Source of the DNA: an uncultured delta proteobacterium
Lineage (GTDB): Bacteria; Desulfobacterota; Desulfobacteria; Desulfobacterales; JAFDCJ01
Assembly: GCA_963769935.1 (NCBI GenBank)
Contig: CAVYNY010000011.1
Span: 256,001-320,000 of the forward strand
DNA length: 64,000 nt
Direction: 5' to 3'
This document shows positions 1 through 11,660 of the stretch, piece after piece. The translations under genes were made by a program, and so were the position numbers. Each line of letters opens with the position of its first letter. Position 1 is the stretch's first letter. Under the pieces are notes generated by a model. It was not told the origin of the DNA. It saw only the letters and a program-made list of their open reading frames with translations, and searched no databases.

Positions 1-1158
1 CAACAGGCCCTCTTCCTTTTTTGCAATTTCTTCAGGCTCCAGGCGCCGAAATTTTAGATAAATATCCGGCATAATGCCCTTGGCCTGTATCGAGCGATCA
101 TTGGGGGTGTAGTACCGGGCGATTGTTAATTTCAGCCCGGAGCCGTCACGCAGGGTTTCCACTGTCTGAACCGAGCCCTTGCCGAACGAGGTTGTACCCA
201 GGATCAGGGCCCGCTTGTGATCCTGCAGGGCGCCGGCCACGATTTCAGAAGCGCTGGCAGTGCCGCCGTTGATTAAAACCACTATCGGGTAGTCCCGTTT
301 AATTGCCGAAGGAGTTGCATTGAAAACTTTGGTGTTTTTCTTATTGCGCCCTTTGATGGAAAGAATTTTGCCGTCATCTATGAAAAGGTCGGCTATTTTG
401 ATGGATTGATTCAACAACCCGCCGCCGTTGTTGCGCAGATCGATGATCAGTCCTTTTAAGGGCACTCCCGAGTTTTCCATTCCGCCCAGGGCCTTTTCAA
501 ATTCGTCGGTGGTTGTGCCGGTGAAATTTGATAAACGAATATAGCCATAACCCGGTTCTAAAAGGATCGACTTTACACTTTGAATGGGAATGACATCTCT
601 GACTAATTCGAATTCGAGCGGTTTTTTCTCTCCTTCACGCATAATCGTGACCTTGACCTTCGTCCCCTTGGGTCCGCGCATCATATTGACTGCTTCTCTC
701 AGGTCTTTGGCTAATTTGCCGTCGACTTTAATGATTCTGTCCTGGGCTTTTATGCCGGCTTTATAGGCGGGGGTGTCCTCAATGGGTGTAATCACCGTAA
801 CGAAGCCGTCCTGCATGGTGATATGGATTCCGATTCCGGTAAATTTTCCCTGGGTATCGATCTGCAAATCTTCGAAAGCATCCGGCGGCAGCAACGCCGA
901 ATGCGGGTCCAGACTCTGCACCATGCCCTGAATTGCATTTTGGATCAATTCCTTGGGATTAACTTCATCGACATATTCCCGCTCTATCAAATCGATCACA
1001 TCGGAAAGCACTTTTAATTCTTCGTAGGTATCATCATTTTTAGCCGACAGATTTTTGGCCGACAGGTCACGGTAAAATCCGGTACCAATCGTCCAGAAAA
1101 GAACGGCGATTACCATCAGTAACCACAGTTTAAATTGCCGGGGGTTATTTTTGATCAT
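1..1158 (-). CDS. ctpA: Carboxyl-terminal processing protease (S41A, PDZ-containing); runs off the left edge
   Basis: Minus-strand translation gives GTASASEIVAGALQDHKRALILGTTSFGKGSVQTV and IIDLRNNGGG; ATG at 1158 with AGGAG upstream; typical position after envC. Confidence 0.9.
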   Translation of the reverse strand, partial: MIKNNPRQFKLWLLMVIAVLFWTIGTGFYRDLSAKNLSAKNDDTYEELKVLSDVIDLIEREYVDEVNPKELIQNAIQGMVQSLDPHSALLPPDAFEDLQIDTQGKFTGIGIHITMQDGFVTVITPIEDTPAYKAGIKAQDRIIKVDGKLAKDLREAVNMMRGPKGTKVKVTIMREGEKKPLEFELVRDVIPIQSVKSILLEPGYGYIRLSNFTGTTTDEFEKALGGMENSGVPLKGLIIDLRNNGGGLLNQSIKIADLFIDDGKILSIKGRNKKNTKVFNATPSAIKRDYPIVVLINGGTASASEIVAGALQDHKRALILGTTSFGKGSVQTVETLRDGSGLKLTIARYYTPNDRSIQAKGIMPDIYLKFRRLEPEEIAKKEEGLL

Positions 1159-1172
1159 TAATATACTCCTTC

Positions 1173-2469
1173 TTATCCTTTTTTTAACCACGCCAACGGG
1201 TCGACCGGCTTTCCGTGATGGCGCACTTCGAAATACAGTCTAGCCCCTTCCAATGATCCGGTGTCTCCCACGGTGGCGATAACCTCGCCGGCTTCAACTT
1301 CATCGCCTTTGGATTTAAAGGTTTCTTCCAGATGGGCATAGACGGTGTAATAATTTTGGCCATGGTCAATTATAATCATGTTGCCGTAGCCTTTGAACCA
1401 GTCGGAATACAGTACCCTGCCTTTAAAGACGGACCGGATGGGTTCGCCTTTGTCCGCTTTGAAATCGATCCCGCTGCGGAAGTTGGTAATGTTATATTTC
1501 TGGTTTTTATAAGGCCCGAATAAAGATACTATACTACCTTTAACCGGCATGATTAGCAAGCCTTTATGAGCGGAAAATGTCGATTGCGATGCAGATTCAT
1601 CCTGGTCCGTCATTTTTTAACTCTTCCCGCAACGAGTTTATTTTGTCGTCCAAATCGGCGGCGGCCTGGGTTAACGCATTTATCGCGGCCAGTTCCAGGG
1701 CTTTTTGATCGCGGATATCGGCCAGCAATTTTTGGCGCAGCGACCGCTCTTCAGACATTTGCCGTATCTGTTTTTTGTAGGCTTGCGCCCGTTCGTTTTT
1801 TTCGGTTTTGTGCTGCTCCAGGTCATGCAGCACCTTTGCAAGCTCAGCCTGATTTTTCACCATCTCATCGCGAATCGTCTCATCATAGGCCAGAATATGC
1901 TGGAGGGCCGCCTTGCGCTGGATAAATTCCTGCATTGAATCAGCGGATGCCAGCAGATCAATTGTGCCCAACCAGCTCATTTTATACATTGCCACCAGAC
2001 GCCGGGCTACATATTCTTCATTGACCCGGATGCGCTTTCTCAATTCCTCCGAGGTCCGGGATGCTTTGGTTATCTCTTTGTCCAGCTTATCGATTTCTTT
2101 GCTTAACAAGGCCGCGCGTTCTTTGCTTTGCTTGAAGGCCACTTCCACCTGGTTTAAGCGTTTTATGACATCGGTTTCTTTGCGGGTAATTGTCTCGACT
2201 TCCTGCCGGCCTTTTACTATCTCGCGGCGGATATGTTCTTGCCGCGTTTTATATTCCTCAATCCGGGTTTGCCGCCCTTCCGGCGGTTCCGGTTGCCTCT
2301 GATCTTCAATTTCCTGGGCGGATACGATGCGGATCAGGTGGCCGGCGGTACCGCCGACGGTTGCAACCGCGCAAAGAATAAGCGGACCGGCAATCAGGAG
2401 CAGAATTTTCCAATAAGATGTTGCGGGGCGGATGACCTTAGAGTTTTTTAAATTTTGGGACTTCGCCAT
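1173..2469 (-). CDS. envC: Murein hydrolase activator EnvC-like (coiled coil + M23 domain), split by an apparent +1 frameshift in the A6 run at 1613-1618
   Basis: ORF 1597-2469 is TM + coiled coil; ORF 1173-1613 is an M23 domain (GYGNMIIIDH, YAHL, LYFEVR); removing one A joins them; downstream of ftsEX. Confidence 0.8.
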
Positions 2470-2553
2470 AATTGGAATGGTGGAATATTGAAATAATAGG
2501 TTTATCGCTTAGCCGGTTTGCCGAATCGGGCCAACGGGTCAACAGGCCGGGCG

Positions 2554-3435
2554 TCAGGTTTTCAGAAACTGTTTCAGCGAAATGTAGCAACCCAGCCAGC
2601 CGACCAGCATACTTCCCAGCAAAATCCGGCCTAAAATCTCCGGGGGAAGAAACGTAATATGAAAAAGGCCCGGCAAAAGGCCCTGTTCCGCATTGGAAGA
2701 GATAAACAGGAAGGCGATATACAGCAGCCCCAACCCAAAAATTGCGCCCAGAGCTCCCTGGATGATTCCCTCGAAATAAAAGGGTATCTTTATGAAATTA
2801 TCGGTTGCTCCCACCAGGCGCATAATTTCGACCTCTTCGCGTCTTGAATAGATGACAAGCCGGATCGTGTTGGCCACAATGAAGATGGCGGCCATAAAAA
2901 ACAACGTCCCCATGGCATATCCCGCCAGTCGGAACAAATTGAACATGCGAATAAAACGACCGATCCAGCGTTGGCCGTATTCAACTTCTTCAACATGGGC
3001 CAGGATCTCGATTTGAGCGGCCAGCGATTCAATTTTTTGCCAGCTGTCGGTAGTGGCGGTCATGCGAATCTCAAAACTGTCGGGCAACGGATTTTCACTG
3101 AGGTTTTCGAATAGGGAGGCCTGGTGCTGCATCTGAGATTTCAGCTGTTTGAGCGCTTCCGCTTTGGGAATATACCGCAGCCGTTGGACCCCGTCCAGAG
3201 ACTGGATGGCCTGTCTTAGATATGCCAAATCGGTGTTACTGACCCCCGGCTTAAGATAGGCCATGATGCGCAGTCCTTTGTGCCAGGAATTAATAACTTC
3301 ACCGGTATTGATAAAAAAAAGAATAAAGGCGCTGGTTATTAATATCGACAATGAAATGGTGATGATTGTGATTAAATTCAAAAATATGTTTTTGAAGATA
3401 TCATCCAGCGCTCGTCTAAAAAATAGCATTGTCAT
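2554..3435 (-). CDS. ftsX: Cell division ABC permease FtsX
   Basis: NPLPDSFEI, NTIRLVIYSRREEVEIMRLVGAT and PFYFEG motifs; follows ftsE; start approximate. Confidence 0.92.
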   Translation of the reverse strand: MTMLFFRRALDDIFKNIFLNLITIITISLSILITSAFILFFINTGEVINSWHKGLRIMAYLKPGVSNTDLAYLRQAIQSLDGVQRLRYIPKAEALKQLKSQMQHQASLFENLSENPLPDSFEIRMTATTDSWQKIESLAAQIEILAHVEEVEYGQRWIGRFIRMFNLFRLAGYAMGTLFFMAAIFIVANTIRLVIYSRREEVEIMRLVGATDNFIKIPFYFEGIIQGALGAIFGLGLLYIAFLFISSNAEQGLLPGLFHITFLPPEILGRILLGSMLVGWLGCYISLKQFLKT

Positions 3436-4132
3436 ACTGCTTTTCGATGAAAGTGGATGTTTCAAGCCGGCCCTGTTGAAGGTGCAGGACATGCCCGCCG
3501 GTTCTGCGCATCAGGGCCTTGTCGTGGGTGGCTATTATGACGGTTGCCCCACGGATGTGTACGCCTCTGAGAAGTTCCAGAATTACTTCGGCCGACGCTT
3601 CATCCAGGCTTCCGGTGGGCTCGTCGGCCAGAATTATTTTAGGGTCTCCGATAATTGCCCTGGCAACGGCAATTCGCTGCTGCTCGCCGCCGGACAGGCT
3701 GGGCGGATATGATTTGAGGCGGTCTTCCATGCCGACCAGCCGCAGGACGCTCCTGACCTTCTTTTGGATGACCCGTTTTTTGTCGCCGGCGGCCTCAAGC
3801 ACAAGGGCAACATTGTCAAAAACGGTTTTGGTCGGAATCAGCTTGTAATCCTGAAAGATGATGCCGAATTTGCGTCTCAGTTGTGGGATGCGGTTGCGGG
3901 GAATCCGCGCAAGGTTGATGCCGTCGATCAGGATTTGCCCCTCGGATACGGGCTCTCCCAGATAAAACAGCTTTAGCAATGTAGTTTTGCCGGCCCCGCT
4001 GGGCCCGCTGATAAAGACAAATTCATTTTTGGCGATATCGAGGGTAATATCGATCAGGGCTTTTTTGGGACCGTAATTATGATGGACGTGGAACATCCGA
4101 ACGATGGAGCTCTTCTCTGCGGCGTCAATCAT
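3416..4132 (-). CDS. ftsE: Cell division ATP-binding protein FtsE
   Basis: Walker [31 protein letters not shown]; adjacent to ftsX. Confidence 0.92.
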   Translation of the reverse strand: MIDAAEKSSIVRMFHVHHNYGPKKALIDITLDIAKNEFVFISGPSGAGKTTLLKLFYLGEPVSEGQILIDGINLARIPRNRIPQLRRKFGIIFQDYKLIPTKTVFDNVALVLEAAGDKKRVIQKKVRSVLRLVGMEDRLKSYPPSLSGGEQQRIAVARAIIGDPKIILADEPTGSLDEASAEVILELLRGVHIRGATVIIATHDKALMRRTGGHVLHLQQGRLETSTFIEKQYDNAIF

Positions 4133-5478
4133 TCCAGTACTTCCTGGCCGATCGCCCGATAGAGGACCGCTTTTGCTATTTTATAGTCATATAAGGCAGA
4201 GTAATAATTTGTCATTGTTTGGGTAAACAGGGTCTGGGCGACCAGCACGTCGGTAATCGTGGATACCTGTTCCTTGTAGCGTTCCTCGGTTATTCTCAGG
4301 TTTTCTTTGGCCTGCTCGATGGCTTTTTCAATGGTGACAATATTCTGTTCCGATTCGTTGGTTCGCAGAAACGCCGATTTGACCTCCTGGTTAATATCGA
4401 CCTGGACTTGTTCCTGGCGATACTTGGCCTGGGATATACGCTGCAGCTTTTCGCGTACACCGTAGGTGGTCCGTCCCCATTCCCAGAAACTCCAGGTCGC
4501 CGTGGCCCGGATATCCCAGTATTCGCTGTCGGAGATGCCTTCCCCGCCGTTGGCATCCCAATCGGTTCCGCGTTTGTAGTAATTTCCCTCCAGATTGACG
4601 GTGGGGTAGTAATCGCGCTGGGCCAGTTTATAATCTTTTTGCGAGATCTGGACTTCAAGATCGGCGACTTGAATTTCAAGCCGATTTTTTCCGGCCTGCG
4701 CCAGGCAGTAGTCGATGTCATGTTCAAAAGGTTTGTAGTCCAGGATGTCCACAATAGAAACCGGGGCATTCACCGGCCTGATCAACAGGGTATTAAACTG
4801 CGATTTGGCGATTGCCAGATTGTTTTGGGCCGTAATGAGAGCCTGCTTCGCATTGGCCAACTGGACCTGGCTCTGCAGCAAATCGTTTAAAGGGCTCATG
4901 CCGACCTGGTACATGTTTTCGGCCACATCTTTCTGGGCCGTGATCTGCTTGACGGTAATCTGGGCCACATCGAGCAGTTTCTGGGTTTTTAAAATTGAAA
5001 AATAGGCATTCTTGGCATCCAATACGATATTCTGCCGCGTGAGTTGTTGATTGATTTCAGCGACATTGAGTCCCAGGCTGGCAATTTTGTACTGGTTGAT
5101 CAGTGCAAACCCTGTAAAGATCGGCTGTGAGAAAGAGGTCACGAAATTGTATTCATCCTCAGGGCTAACCAGGACTTCCGTGATGCCGACCCCCGGCACA
5201 CCGATGGCCTGGCTCGTCGGTTGATTGCGGCGCAGATAGCTGTATCTCGAATTCAAGGTCGGCAAAAACTCGGTGGTCCGCGCATTTTTCGTATCCTGAG
5301 CAGCCCTGACTTCCGCCTCGGCTTGCTTAAGTCCCAGATTGGCCTTGAGCGCGGCGGTGATGGTTTCCTGCAGATTCAGTTTTTCTGAGGGTTCCTGGGC
5401 AAAATTCAAAACCGGATAAAATAAAATGAGTCCGATGGTGAGGCTGCAAAGCAAGTCGCTTAGCCTAGTCCGTGCCAT
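4129..5478 (-). CDS. TolC-family outer membrane efflux protein
   Basis: Signal peptide and two OEP-like repeats (QPIFTGF; DAKNAYF; YYSALYDYKIAKAVL). Confidence 0.85.
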   Translation of the reverse strand: MARTRLSDLLCSLTIGLILFYPVLNFAQEPSEKLNLQETITAALKANLGLKQAEAEVRAAQDTKNARTTEFLPTLNSRYSYLRRNQPTSQAIGVPGVGITEVLVSPEDEYNFVTSFSQPIFTGFALINQYKIASLGLNVAEINQQLTRQNIVLDAKNAYFSILKTQKLLDVAQITVKQITAQKDVAENMYQVGMSPLNDLLQSQVQLANAKQALITAQNNLAIAKSQFNTLLIRPVNAPVSIVDILDYKPFEHDIDYCLAQAGKNRLEIQVADLEVQISQKDYKLAQRDYYPTVNLEGNYYKRGTDWDANGGEGISDSEYWDIRATATWSFWEWGRTTYGVREKLQRISQAKYRQEQVQVDINQEVKSAFLRTNESEQNIVTIEKAIEQAKENLRITEERYKEQVSTITDVLVAQTLFTQTMTNYYSALYDYKIAKAVLYRAIGQEVLE

Positions 5479-5929
5479 TTTATAAGCTGCTCCTTTAATT
5501 CAACCCCGGCCCGCAATCGCTGCCGGTTAAGGATTGACCTGTAAAATATTTCCTGGTATGAAGCCGTCGAGTTCAGGGAGTGCCGTCGCCGGTTTTCCTT
5601 GCTCAAAGCCTCCACTGAAACCCATTAAAAAGGCTTCTTCCAAAAAGTGGAGGCTTTTTTATATCGAATCACCCTATTGAAATCAACAGTTTATTGGCAA
5701 TGATGGCTGTCCTGTTCAGGAGTAAACCGATCGAGGCCATTGGAGCGGGCATGCACCGATGGTCCGGAAGTTGTCAAATCGGCCAGCCTGGCGGAGCGCC
5801 GGGAGGAGGGCCTGAAAATATTGGAAAATACGTGGACGTAGGCAGCAGCCGAATCAAGCGGGATGAGTTGATCGAAAGGTGGAATGAGCTCAACCGTCAG
5901 TTGTAAGCGGAAAAACGACGGACAACGGA

Positions 5930-6307
5930 CTACGGACGATTGACGATATACGTCGCACCCGCATCATCGGATTCCCAGGCCGTGACCCGGCTGACATGGG
6001 CGGTGTGATTATCGATTCTTTTCTGCAGCTCGGTGGCCACAAAAAAGGCGATATTTTCCGAAGACGGCTGGTTTTTTTGAAAGTAATCGATTTCGTTGAG
6101 ATATTTGTGGTCGAGCATGGACATGATATCGCGCACGTGTTTTTTTATGACGCCGAAGTCCAGCAAGACGCCTGCCCCGTCGGTATTTTCACCCGAGACA
6201 TAGACCTCGATCTTCCAGTTATGTCCATGCAGATTCTCACACTTTGAACCCAGCATGGTCAGTTGATGTGCGGCAGCGAATTTAGTGACGACTTTTAATT
6301 CATACAT
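5930..6307 (-). CDS. queD: 6-carboxytetrahydropterin synthase
   Basis: FAAAH, CENLHGHNW, LDHKYLN, SSENIA, WES motifs. Confidence 0.93.
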   Translation of the reverse strand: MYELKVVTKFAAAHQLTMLGSKCENLHGHNWKIEVYVSGENTDGAGVLLDFGVIKKHVRDIMSMLDHKYLNEIDYFQKNQPSSENIAFFVATELQKRIDNHTAHVSRVTAWESDDAGATYIVNRP

Positions 6308-6371
6308 TGCACTAAAATCCAAAATCCCAAAAATCAGATTCCAAACAATATTCGAATGCGGAGCATTAAAT

Positions 6372-6466
6372 AATTAATCCGCCGGACCTTTGAATAAACA
6401 ACTTTCTTCAGTTGTCAGGGAGCAAATTACCACCCTGATCGGCCAATTTTTCAGGGCGGATTAATT
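6372..6466 (+). repeat. 95-bp MITE-like element, copy 1 (TIR AATTAATCCGCC...GGCGGATTAATT)
   Basis: Terminal inverted repeats; internal similarity to the copies at 11178, 31039 and 32750. Confidence 0.7.
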
Positions 6467-7576
6467 GGGTGCTTCAGCCGTTCCGCCTCGGAGGATGTTT
6501 TTTAATTTCTTGGACAGCTTGTTGGATTCGAGTTTGGCGAATTCCTTCAGCAGGGCTTCCTGCTTTTTATTCAAACTGGTCGGCGTGCGGATATCAATCT
6601 GGATCAATTGATTCCCGCGCTTTCCCGTCCTCAGGGAGGGGATCCCCTCTCCGCGAAAAGACAGCACATCTCCGGGCTGGGTGCCCCTAGGTATCTGCAG
6701 GGTTTTATTGCCGTTTAGGGTCGGAATGGATATTTCATCGCCTAAAGCCGCTTGTATAAATGAAATCGGTATTCGGCAGATAATATCCGTATCACGGCGC
6801 TGGAAAAACTGGTGGGGTTCGACATTAATAAATACATATAAATCCCCCGGGGGACCGCCATGCATGCCGGGCTCGCCTTCGCCGGTCAGGCGCAGTCTTG
6901 ATCCGATGTCTACGCCGCCGGGAATTTTGACCGAAACCTTTTTGTTGACCATCACCTGGCCTGCGCCGCCGCAGCCGGCGCATGGGTGGGCTATGGCCTG
7001 ACCTTCACCGCGGCAGACAGGACAAGTTGTGCGCACGGTGAAAAACCCCTGGTTTCTTGAAATCTGACCCGCCCCGCCGCATTGGCGGCATGTTTCCGGA
7101 CCTGTTCCCGGTTCACAGCGACTGCCGTTGCAGACGGGACAAATCTCACTTTTGCCCACCTTGATCTCGGTTTCCGTACCAAAAGCAGCATCCATAAAAC
7201 TGAGGGTCATATCGAAGCGCAGGTCGGCGCCGCGCTGCACTCTGTTCCTGGAGCGCCTGCGGGTGCCAAAGCCGAAGAAATCCTCAAAAATATCGCCGAA
7301 ACTCGAAAAGATATCCTCAAACCCGCCAAAACCCGAAAATCCGGACCCTGCAAGGCCGGCATGACCGTATTGATCATACAGGGCTCTTTTTTGAGCATCC
7401 CGCAGAACTTCGTATGCTTCAGCTGCTTCTTTAAATTTTTCTTCAGCTTCTTTATCGTCGGGATTTCTATCCGGATGATACTGTAAGGCAAGTTTGCGGT
7501 AGGAAGCTTTTAGCTCAATTTCGGTGGCGTTGCGGCTCACACTCAGAATTTCATAATAATCCCGTTTGGTACCCAT
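6461..7576 (-). CDS. dnaJ: Molecular chaperone DnaJ
   Basis: J domain with HPD, G/F-rich region, four CxxCxGxG-type repeats. Confidence 0.97.
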   Translation of the reverse strand: MGTKRDYYEILSVSRNATEIELKASYRKLALQYHPDRNPDDKEAEEKFKEAAEAYEVLRDAQKRALYDQYGHAGLAGSGFSGFGGFEDIFSSFGDIFEDFFGFGTRRRSRNRVQRGADLRFDMTLSFMDAAFGTETEIKVGKSEICPVCNGSRCEPGTGPETCRQCGGAGQISRNQGFFTVRTTCPVCRGEGQAIAHPCAGCGGAGQVMVNKKVSVKIPGGVDIGSRLRLTGEGEPGMHGGPPGDLYVFINVEPHQFFQRRDTDIICRIPISFIQAALGDEISIPTLNGNKTLQIPRGTQPGDVLSFRGEGIPSLRTGKRGNQLIQIDIRTPTSLNKKQEALLKEFAKLESNKLSKKLKNILRGGTAEAPN

Positions 7577-7799
7577 TTATACTACCGTGCCATTCCGACG
7601 TCTTGAAATTTTTTCCCCGCTGTTTTTTGGGAAATTATCTTGTTTTTCGAGGTAAAATATCTTGTCGGGTCGTTGATAACTCCCCTTTGGATGCTTAATC
7701 GGCATTCAAATGTTGTCACTAATGTAATGCAAGAATGGTTGTTGTCAATTTATAATGAATCACCGCATCTGCTGCATTTTTGATGTCGCCCCGCGGGGG

Positions 7800-9728
7800 C
7801 TACAGGATGATCCGGCCGGTTTTTTCCGTGCTGTATCCGCCCAACTCTTCTGCGCGGCGCTTAAATTCGCGGCTATTGATGGTTTCAAGCATCAGCCGAA
7901 TATTATCCGATTCAAAGTGGGCCAGCGGGATGATCAAATCATATTGCTCCGTGACCACCGGAATAAATTCAAGATTCAGCGCTTTGGCGGCGGCATAAAT
8001 TCCCAGACCGGTATCCACCGTACCGCTGAGGACTGCCACCGCCACGGCCATGTGCGTGAACTCTTCATGCCGGTAGCCGACGATAGCCTCCGGATCGATG
8101 CCGATTTGGTTCAGACGATAGTCAAGCAGAATCCGGGTGCCGGAACCCGGCTGGCGGTTGATAAATGCGATATCTTTGCGGGCCAGATCTTCGATGCCCT
8201 TAATGCCCTTGGGATTTCCCCGTCCAACAATCAACCCCTGATCGCGGTAAACCAGATTGACCAGTTTTACATCAAGTCCCGCTAAATATTTCGCAATATA
8301 GGTTACATTGTACGAGCCGTCTTCGGTATCCAGCAGATGCGACCCCGCCAGGTGGCAGGCACCTCTCTTGATGGCCATCAATCCCCCCATGCTTCCGACA
8401 TGGCTGGAAGAAATGGTCAGGTGGCTGTGTTTAGCCTTGATCATGTCGGCCAAGACATCCAGCGTGTTATCGTGGCTGCCGACAATGACAATGGTATTCT
8501 GCACGGAAGAAAGCGGGCGCAGCAACTCAGCCACGGCCGTCTCGTTATCTTTTAACCCTTCAATATGGTTTGGTATGCGAATGATGCCGTCGGCTTCGGT
8601 GATTGAGGTAATACAGCCGGCCCCTCTGGGCAGGGGAGTTGCCACGATCCGGTCGCCGACCTGTCCGAGCTTTACCCGCAAGAATTCCTCGACGCCGAGT
8701 TTGGAAGCAATTTTTCGAGTGGGTTCAACCTCAATCGTTTGAACAGCAGGGTCGGGTTGTCCCAGCATTCGATTGAGTATGGGGCGAACGAACTGTTCAA
8801 AGGCAATGATAGCCGACACCGGATATCCCGGAATGCCGAATACGGGTTTGCCGCGCACGGAGCCGATTACCACCGGTTTGCCGGGCATAATGGTAACGCC
8901 ATGCACCAGAACCGTGCCGAGGTCCAAGATTACGCTTTTGGCAAAGTCTTCCGAACCGGCCGAAGATCCACCCAGCACTAAAATCATTTGATAATCTTCA
9001 TTAACGGCCTGATCCACCACCTGTTTGATCTTGGCCGGATCATCTGCCAGCATTTCATGGCGGATGTAAGCTCCACCGAATTTTTCGACCAGGCTGCCCA
9101 GCATAAAGGAGTTGGTTTCGAGCACCTGACCGGGCTTGAAGCTATCGAGCGGCCGGGTGCGCCAGTCGAAAAGTTCCGATCCGGTAGGGATGATCAGAAT
9201 GCGCGGTTTTTTTTTGACCGGGACTTCAAATATCCCACCGGTCAGAAGGGCGCCTACACAATAGGGGGTAATGACATGATTTTGCGGAAAAAGAAGCTCG
9301 GTTGCCACCATATCTTCACCCACCTTGCGCACATTCTGCCAGGGAAACACCGGCTTATCGATTTCTACGCGCTCATCGTCTACCAGATTTACCTGCTCGA
9401 TCATGATCACGGCATCGGTTTCCCGCGGCATCACATTTCCGGTGTTCACATAAAAAGCATCACGATCGATCCGGAGCCCTTTGACGGCGGCCTCACTGGC
9501 CCCGAATGTAACTTCGGCCTTGACGGCCAGGCCATCCATAGCGGCCGCATTAAAATGAGGCGCAGAAATTCCGGCATACACGGGTTCGGCCAGCACCCGT
9601 CCAACCGCCTGCGGAACAGAGATTTTCTCAGCTGCTGGAAAATTCTCTCCGGGAAAATGCGCAGCGACGATTTGCCGGGCTTCCTGCAGGGTTTTCATTT
9701 CTAAATAAACGTTGCGTTTAGATCCCAT
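7800..9728 (-). CDS. moeA: Molybdopterin biosynthesis protein MoeA fused to a periplasmic-binding-protein-like domain
   Basis: AAMDG, IPTGSE, GGSSAG, PGKP, PGYPVS, then C-terminal GSHD / NRQPGSGTR PBP domain. Confidence 0.9.
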   Translation of the reverse strand: MGSKRNVYLEMKTLQEARQIVAAHFPGENFPAAEKISVPQAVGRVLAEPVYAGISAPHFNAAAMDGLAVKAEVTFGASEAAVKGLRIDRDAFYVNTGNVMPRETDAVIMIEQVNLVDDERVEIDKPVFPWQNVRKVGEDMVATELLFPQNHVITPYCVGALLTGGIFEVPVKKKPRILIIPTGSELFDWRTRPLDSFKPGQVLETNSFMLGSLVEKFGGAYIRHEMLADDPAKIKQVVDQAVNEDYQMILVLGGSSAGSEDFAKSVILDLGTVLVHGVTIMPGKPVVIGSVRGKPVFGIPGYPVSAIIAFEQFVRPILNRMLGQPDPAVQTIEVEPTRKIASKLGVEEFLRVKLGQVGDRIVATPLPRGAGCITSITEADGIIRIPNHIEGLKDNETAVAELLRPLSSVQNTIVIVGSHDNTLDVLADMIKAKHSHLTISSSHVGSMGGLMAIKRGACHLAGSHLLDTEDGSYNVTYIAKYLAGLDVKLVNLVYRDQGLIVGRGNPKGIKGIEDLARKDIAFINRQPGSGTRILLDYRLNQIGIDPEAIVGYRHEEFTHMAVAVAVLSGTVDTGLGIYAAAKALNLEFIPVVTEQYDLIIPLAHFESDNIRLMLETINSREFKRRAEELGGYSTEKTGRIIL

Positions 9729-9750
9729 TTTCGCTCCAACTGGCAGAAGT

Positions 9751-9908
9751 GGAATGGATTCGATTTTTTATGTTTATTTAGACAGGATCAACAGGATTAT
9801 CAGGGATTTTTTCGCCTGCGGCGAGGGGCCTTTCGGCCGAAGGCCGCCTTATCCTAACGATCCTGTTGATCCTGTCCAATTTTTTACTTTAAAATAAGAA
9901 TCCATTCC
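9751..9908. repeat. Palindromic intergenic element (GGAATGGATT...AATCCATTCC; inner GACAGGATCAACAGGAT/ATCCTGTTGATCCTGTC)
   Basis: Nested inverted repeats visible; related left end at ~61028-61080. Confidence 0.6.
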
Positions 9909-9947
9909 TCTCTTTTCCCAATTCTTTATTTCAAGAACCACAGCGCC

Positions 9948-11174
9948 TTACAGCGGAATCACCTCCACCTCGGCACCTTTATCCAGCCCCTCCGTATTCA
10001 TGCCGATTTCGATCAGCCCGTCTGCTTTTACCATGGTATTGATTAACCCCGATTTGCCTAAAATGGGTTCGGCCCACCGGATTCCCTCATTATGGTATGT
10101 GCGGACGCGAATATAATCCACCCGGCCCTGAGCCGATGCGATGTTTCGGCTGAGTCGGGCGGTCAGCCGCGAATCCCTTGCGGCTGCGCGACAGCCGCTG
10201 ATGTGATCAATAAAGGGCCTGACAATACGTGCAAACACAATCATGGCGGAAACCACATGTCCGGGCAATCCCCAGAACGCCTTGTTTTTTATTCCGGCCA
10301 AAATTGTCGGTTTGCCCGGGCTGATGGAAATTCCGTGAAACAGGATGGCGGCGTCTTGCATTGCGGATATGACGTCGATGGTAAAATCGCGGGCGCCCAC
10401 CGAACTGCCCCCGGATACCAGAACCATATTGCACTGGTTCAAGGCCTGGGTGCTTTTTGCCAGCAGCGCCTGGTAGTCATCGGGCACAATTCCAAATTGT
10501 ATCGGCCTGGCCCCCGACTCCTGAATCAATCCCGCAAGGGTATAGGTATTGATGTCACGTATCCGGCCCGGTCCGGGAACCTCGCCCACGGGGACAATTT
10601 CATCTCCGGTGGAAATGATGCCGATAATCGGTTTTTTATATACCGTAACCACCTGACTGCCCAGCGCCGCCAGCATGCCGGCTTCCTGAGGTCTGATGCG
10701 GCGTCCGCCGGTCAGGGCAATTTCACCTTTTTTAAGGTCTTCGCCAACCGTCACCATATTCTGGCCGGGTGCAACACTGCGGTACACCTCAATGGTGGTA
10801 TTATCGATGGCCTCAGTGTGCTCCAGCATGACAACGCTGTCGGCGCCTGCCGGCAGCATGCCGCCGGTTGAAATCCGCACGGCTTCACCCGGTCCTATCG
10901 AGATTTTTGGAGAAACTCCCATGGCTACGGTTCCGGTTACAGTCAGATATGCCGGATTGCCTTCACTGGCGCCAAAGGTGGATGATCCTTTGACTGCAAA
11001 ACCGTCCATGATCGAACGGGAAAAATCCGGCAGATCGATGTCGGAGCGGATATCGGTCGCCAGTATTCTGCCCCCCGATTCCGTCAGGGGAATACTTTCG
11101 GTCGGCATGAGCGGAAACAGCTGCCTGTATTCGAGGACCTGATCGATTGTTTTAACTTTGAAAAATTCTTTCAT
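9948..11174 (-). CDS. moeA: Molybdopterin molybdotransferase MoeA (gephyrin-like)
   Basis: SIMDGFAV, ISTGDE, SGGSSVG, PGKP, GLPG motifs. Confidence 0.93.
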   Translation of the reverse strand: MKEFFKVKTIDQVLEYRQLFPLMPTESIPLTESGGRILATDIRSDIDLPDFSRSIMDGFAVKGSSTFGASEGNPAYLTVTGTVAMGVSPKISIGPGEAVRISTGGMLPAGADSVVMLEHTEAIDNTTIEVYRSVAPGQNMVTVGEDLKKGEIALTGGRRIRPQEAGMLAALGSQVVTVYKKPIIGIISTGDEIVPVGEVPGPGRIRDINTYTLAGLIQESGARPIQFGIVPDDYQALLAKSTQALNQCNMVLVSGGSSVGARDFTIDVISAMQDAAILFHGISISPGKPTILAGIKNKAFWGLPGHVVSAMIVFARIVRPFIDHISGCRAAARDSRLTARLSRNIASAQGRVDYIRVRTYHNEGIRWAEPILGKSGLINTMVKADGLIEIGMNTEGLDKGAEVEVIPL

Positions 11175-11177
11175 CCT

Positions 11178-11272
11178 AATTACTCCGCCCTGTAAAACGG
11201 TATATTCAGGGTCGTGATTTTGTCATTTCCAATTGAAGATAGTCGTTGGATCAACGATTTGGCGGATTAATT
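11178..11272 (-). repeat. 95-bp MITE-like element, copy 2 (inverted orientation)
   Basis: Reverse complement reads AATTAATCCGCC...CCCTGAATAT...CAGGGCGGAGTAATT; same length as copies 1 and 3. Confidence 0.7.
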
Positions 11273-11565
11273 ATTCATTAAGCGATTTACCCGATCAATA
11301 TTAGCCAGAGCCGCAATCTTGTCAAGCGCTGAGATGGCAGCTGGATGCTGGATACTGGATAAAATAAGGCAAAAGGTTAAAGGATAATGATAATTTCAAC
11401 GTCATCGGCAGAATGTGTCATCTGGCATCTGAATCCATTAACCAATAACTAATAACAAATAACGGTGGCCCTTTTCTGTCCTCTGACTTCTGTCCTCTGA
11501 CCTCTGCCTTCTGTCTTCTGTCCTCTGATCTCTGATCTCTTTCCTCTGTTCTCTGATTTACTGAC

Positions 11566-11593
11566 TTGCAATAATTAAAAATCTGCGTATAAT
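11566..11593 (+). promoter_or_regulatory. Putative sigma-70 promoter of the DEAD-box helicase gene
   Basis: TTGCAA-N16-TATAAT about 70 bp upstream of the start. Confidence 0.5.
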
Positions 11594-11660
11594 CTACCCA
11601 TTATAAAATATGATGCAATAGCAAGCGTTTACCCCAAGCATTAAAAAGGTGGCAAAATCT

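Noticed and set aside
5605..5660. Inverted repeat AAAGCCTCCACT/AGTGGAGGCTTT upstream of the TolC gene as an ncRNA
   Set aside because: A single hairpin with a large loop and no other support; possibly a terminator or operator
7800..11174. Tandem moeA paralogs including a PBP fusion
   Set aside because: A well-known arrangement in sulfate reducers and archaea
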